Below, piece after piece: positions 61,171 to 64,000 of a DNA stretch of 64,000 nt (the stretch's first letter is position 1; the number at the start of each line of letters is the position of its first letter). This stretch comes from the human T2T-CHM13v2.0 reference genome, Homo sapiens, in assembly GCF_009914755.1 (NCBI RefSeq), contig NC_060941.1. One strand, 5' to 3'. The notes below the pieces were generated by a model. The model was not told the DNA's origin. It saw only the letters and a list, made by a program, of their open reading frames with translations, and did no database searches. Made by a program: the position numbers and the translations under genes.

Positions 61171-62879
61171 ACAAATAAGATTACATTCTCAGGTATTGGG
61201 GATTAAGACTTGGGACCACTCCTTAAGCCACTGTAGCTGACCTCACAGATGTCTCAGCTGACCACCAGGCAGGTGTTTCCACCCAAGGACGCACTTCCCC
61301 ATTCCCCATGGCACCAGCAATGTGGAGTGGGGAGCCGCGGAGCAGGGAGCCAGCAGCTTAAGTTTGAAATCCAGCTCACTGTTCTTGAGACTGGAACCTG
61401 GAGGGCATTATTAAATGTCTCCCAGCCTTGGTTCCTGTCTTGTGTAAAGTGAAGGTGACGGTGTCTACCCCTCTGGGTCACAAGAAGCATGTGGGAGAAT
61501 ATGGGAAAGTAGCTGACAGGGTGCACAAGTTACAGCAGGAACTCAATGTGTGTCCTTGAGTCTGAATGCAGTCATTTAGGGTCCTCAGTATTAACTGCCT
61601 TGCTCTCAGGTGGATGATGTTTGAGGATTAACAAATCTGTTGGGTGAATCCAGATAAATGGGGAGTTGACCTTTCTGGATGACACAGGTTGTTGACCATG
61701 GTTTAACGTATTCAATAAGTTAATATAAAGAGTCTTGGCAGTGCCTGGTGCGGCAAAGGGACCTATATCTGTGGTTGTCATTGTCGTTGCTATGGTTGCC
61801 ATTGCTATGGCACCATAACCTTGTTGATCTGAACCAGTAGAGATGAGGCTTTGAGGTGGCCCCTGGAGATCACAGCTGAGGAGCCCTAAGCCCACCCCCA
61901 GAAATGTTGTGAAAGTGGCTGCCTTCTTTCCTTTACCTAACTTGTGACATCCTTCAGCCCAGGACTCAGTACACAGTGGGCCCTCAAAAAATAGGATTAA
62001 CTATTAACTGAAAGATCTTATTCCAGGTGTTCAGGGAATCAGCAGAATTAGCGTGACTTTCTGCTAATAATATCTTCAACTGATGTGATAAGAGTAGAGT
62101 TCTACCAGTGGCCACTGCAAAAGACACAGAGCATGCAAAATCCTCTCTCCTTTTATCAGAAGGAAGAGCTTCTCCATCCTTTCAACCTTGGACCAGTAAT
62201 TGGTCCCTTTAGGAGTTAGTTTAAGAAAAGCTATGCATGCCTTAGCCAGCCTGAAGTCAGACCCTTAATGGGAAGCTGGTGCTTTATTGATGCTCAGTAA
62301 CAGAACACTGCTTTGAGCTCAAAATAACTTCTACTAAGCTCCTTCAACAGCTTGCTCCCTAGGTGGCTCAGTGTTTTGCTGCTGTCTGAAGTTGTATATA
62401 CTCCAGTGAAGCTTGAGTTTCTTCATGGTCATCATCCACTATCACCAGTTAATATGGGCTGAATATCCATAACATGTCAGACTCAGTCGGGATACATAAA
62501 GAAGACCCTGTACCTGCACTGGGGTTGTGGGTCTGAGGGCCATTAGAACTCTAGATGGCTGCACAGACACAGGTGAGGCTGTGGAGCAAAGGCAGAGTTG
62601 GTGGTGAAGGGCCTATTTTTAACTTTTATTGCCGCCATGTTGCTCCTACGATGCCATTATGAATGGTCGCTGTGAGTCCAGGCAGTGGTTAGTGTCTACT
62701 CAGAAACCTCACAATGTCTGTCCTCCTGGGATAGAATATGAACAGAATCCAGGTCTGGGGCCATGGATGTTGAACGTGATAGTATGTTTCCTGGTATCAC
62801 TAAGGTCTGATCTCTTCCCGTTTTCCTACAGTTCTATGAACATTTCTTTCTAACACAATGTTTTCTTAGGGCTAATTTT

Positions 62880-63392
62880 AAGTTATTTTTTGGGGACTAT
62901 CATCCCTTATATCCTTCTCCTTCCAAGGTATCCCAAAGTTGATGTGCAGTGTTACTGTACACTTTTTCAGCATGTGCAAATCTGTCTAGCTTATAATCTA
63001 GCATCATTTTGTGTTGTTTTACATTTTATATAAATTGTATTACACTCTACAGATTCGTTTGAAACTTGTTTTCTGTCCAACCTGATAGATTTGAGATTTA
63101 TCCATATTGATTTATGTAGATCTAGTTCATTCATTTTACTTGTTATATATGATGACAGTAATTGGTTCGTTTTCCTAATGGAGGACAGCTAGATTGCTTC
63201 CACATTTCTGCTCTTTTAAACAGATATATATATAGATAGATAGACAGATAGATAGATAGATTGATTGATTAGATAGATATAGATATATAGATATATATAA
63301 CATATATGTGTGTGTATATATACATATATACGTATATGTGTGTGTATATGTATACATATATACGTATATGTGTGTATCTACATATACATATA

Positions 63393-63451
<59 letters not shown>

Positions 63452-63990
63452 CCTGCAGTAGCTCTTCTTGTGAGATTCTCCTATGTGAGAATTCCCCTAG
63501 GTCTGGGGTGTACTCAGAAGGGGAACTGCCAGTCATATGTATCTTTAACTTTACTAGCTTTGGCAACTTGCTCTGCAAAGTGTCTGAACCAATTTACATT
63601 CCACCAGCAGTGTTGGAGGATTCTACTTCCTCAAATTCTTACCAATAAATGCTTTTATCAGGTTGACCAAAAAGATTCCATGTGGCTGGGGTGAAAGAGC
63701 AGGTGTTTGCCTCTCTGTGATTGCTGGGAAGGTTAAACACCTTTTCATAGGTTGATTAGCCATCAGTGTTGCTTCTTCTGTGAATTGTTTGTTTATATCT
63801 CTAGCACCTTTTTCCTCCTTCCTGTTTTGGGGCATGAGGAAGAGAGGTGATGCTTTACTCACTGATTGGTAGAAATTCCTTACATATTCTGGATACTAAT
63901 TTTTTGTTGATATAAGTTGCAAATTATCTTCTGCTGGGATTTGACATTTTCATAAAATATTTTGATGAAAGAAAAATGAGAAATAGGGAA
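62880..63990 (-). mobile_element. Old L1ME-like fragment
   Basis: gagatttatccatattg...tagttcattcatttt; accaatttacattccaccagcagtg; tcttctgtgaattgtttgtttatatc; attctggatactaat. Confidence 0.8.
63223..63451. repeat. Compound microsatellite (AT)n-(AGAT)n-(ATTG)n-mixed RY-(TG)n-(TA)n
   Basis: Read directly from the sequence; lies inside the L1 fragment. Confidence 0.97.
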
Positions 63991-64000
63991 GAGCATTCAA

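Larger units (their letters stand above)
59792..61237 (-). mobile_element. MLT1 LTR split by an Alu and an ERV1-type LTR
   Basis: cttagcttcctagggcttctgtaacaaattatcac; body 60183-60525; resumes caaataagattacattctcagg at 61171. Confidence 0.82.

Noticed and set aside
63175-63694. YI/CV-repeat ORFs
   Set aside because: Microsatellite translations

Overview
Primate (very probably human) non-coding genomic DNA. About 29 Alu/FLAM SINEs (J, S and Y ages, many with visible target-site duplications) are mixed with MaLR LTRs (MLT1, THE1), an ERV1-type LTR, hAT and Tc/mariner DNA-transposon fossils (MER58, MER5, MER33, Tigger2, Tigger4/MER46), and old L1, L2 and MIR fragments, several nested inside one another. 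I recognise no protein-coding exon, RNA gene or pseudogene, and most listed ORFs are Alu or simple-repeat translations. The window looks like the interior of a long intron or an enhancer-rich intergenic region; I cannot name the locus. The best unexplained signals are: (1) a 184-bp apparently non-TE direct duplication, 176/184 identical, 1625 bp apart; (2) an ~85-bp apparently non-TE inverted repeat around a 230-bp spacer; (3) a six-pentamer heat-shock-element array and a second HSE beside a CTCF-like motif; (4) a speculative two-exon 137-aa ORF with a signal-peptide-like N-terminus; (5) a 100% AT palindromic 31-bp minisatellite. Repeat subfamily calls and boundaries were made by eye and are approximate.
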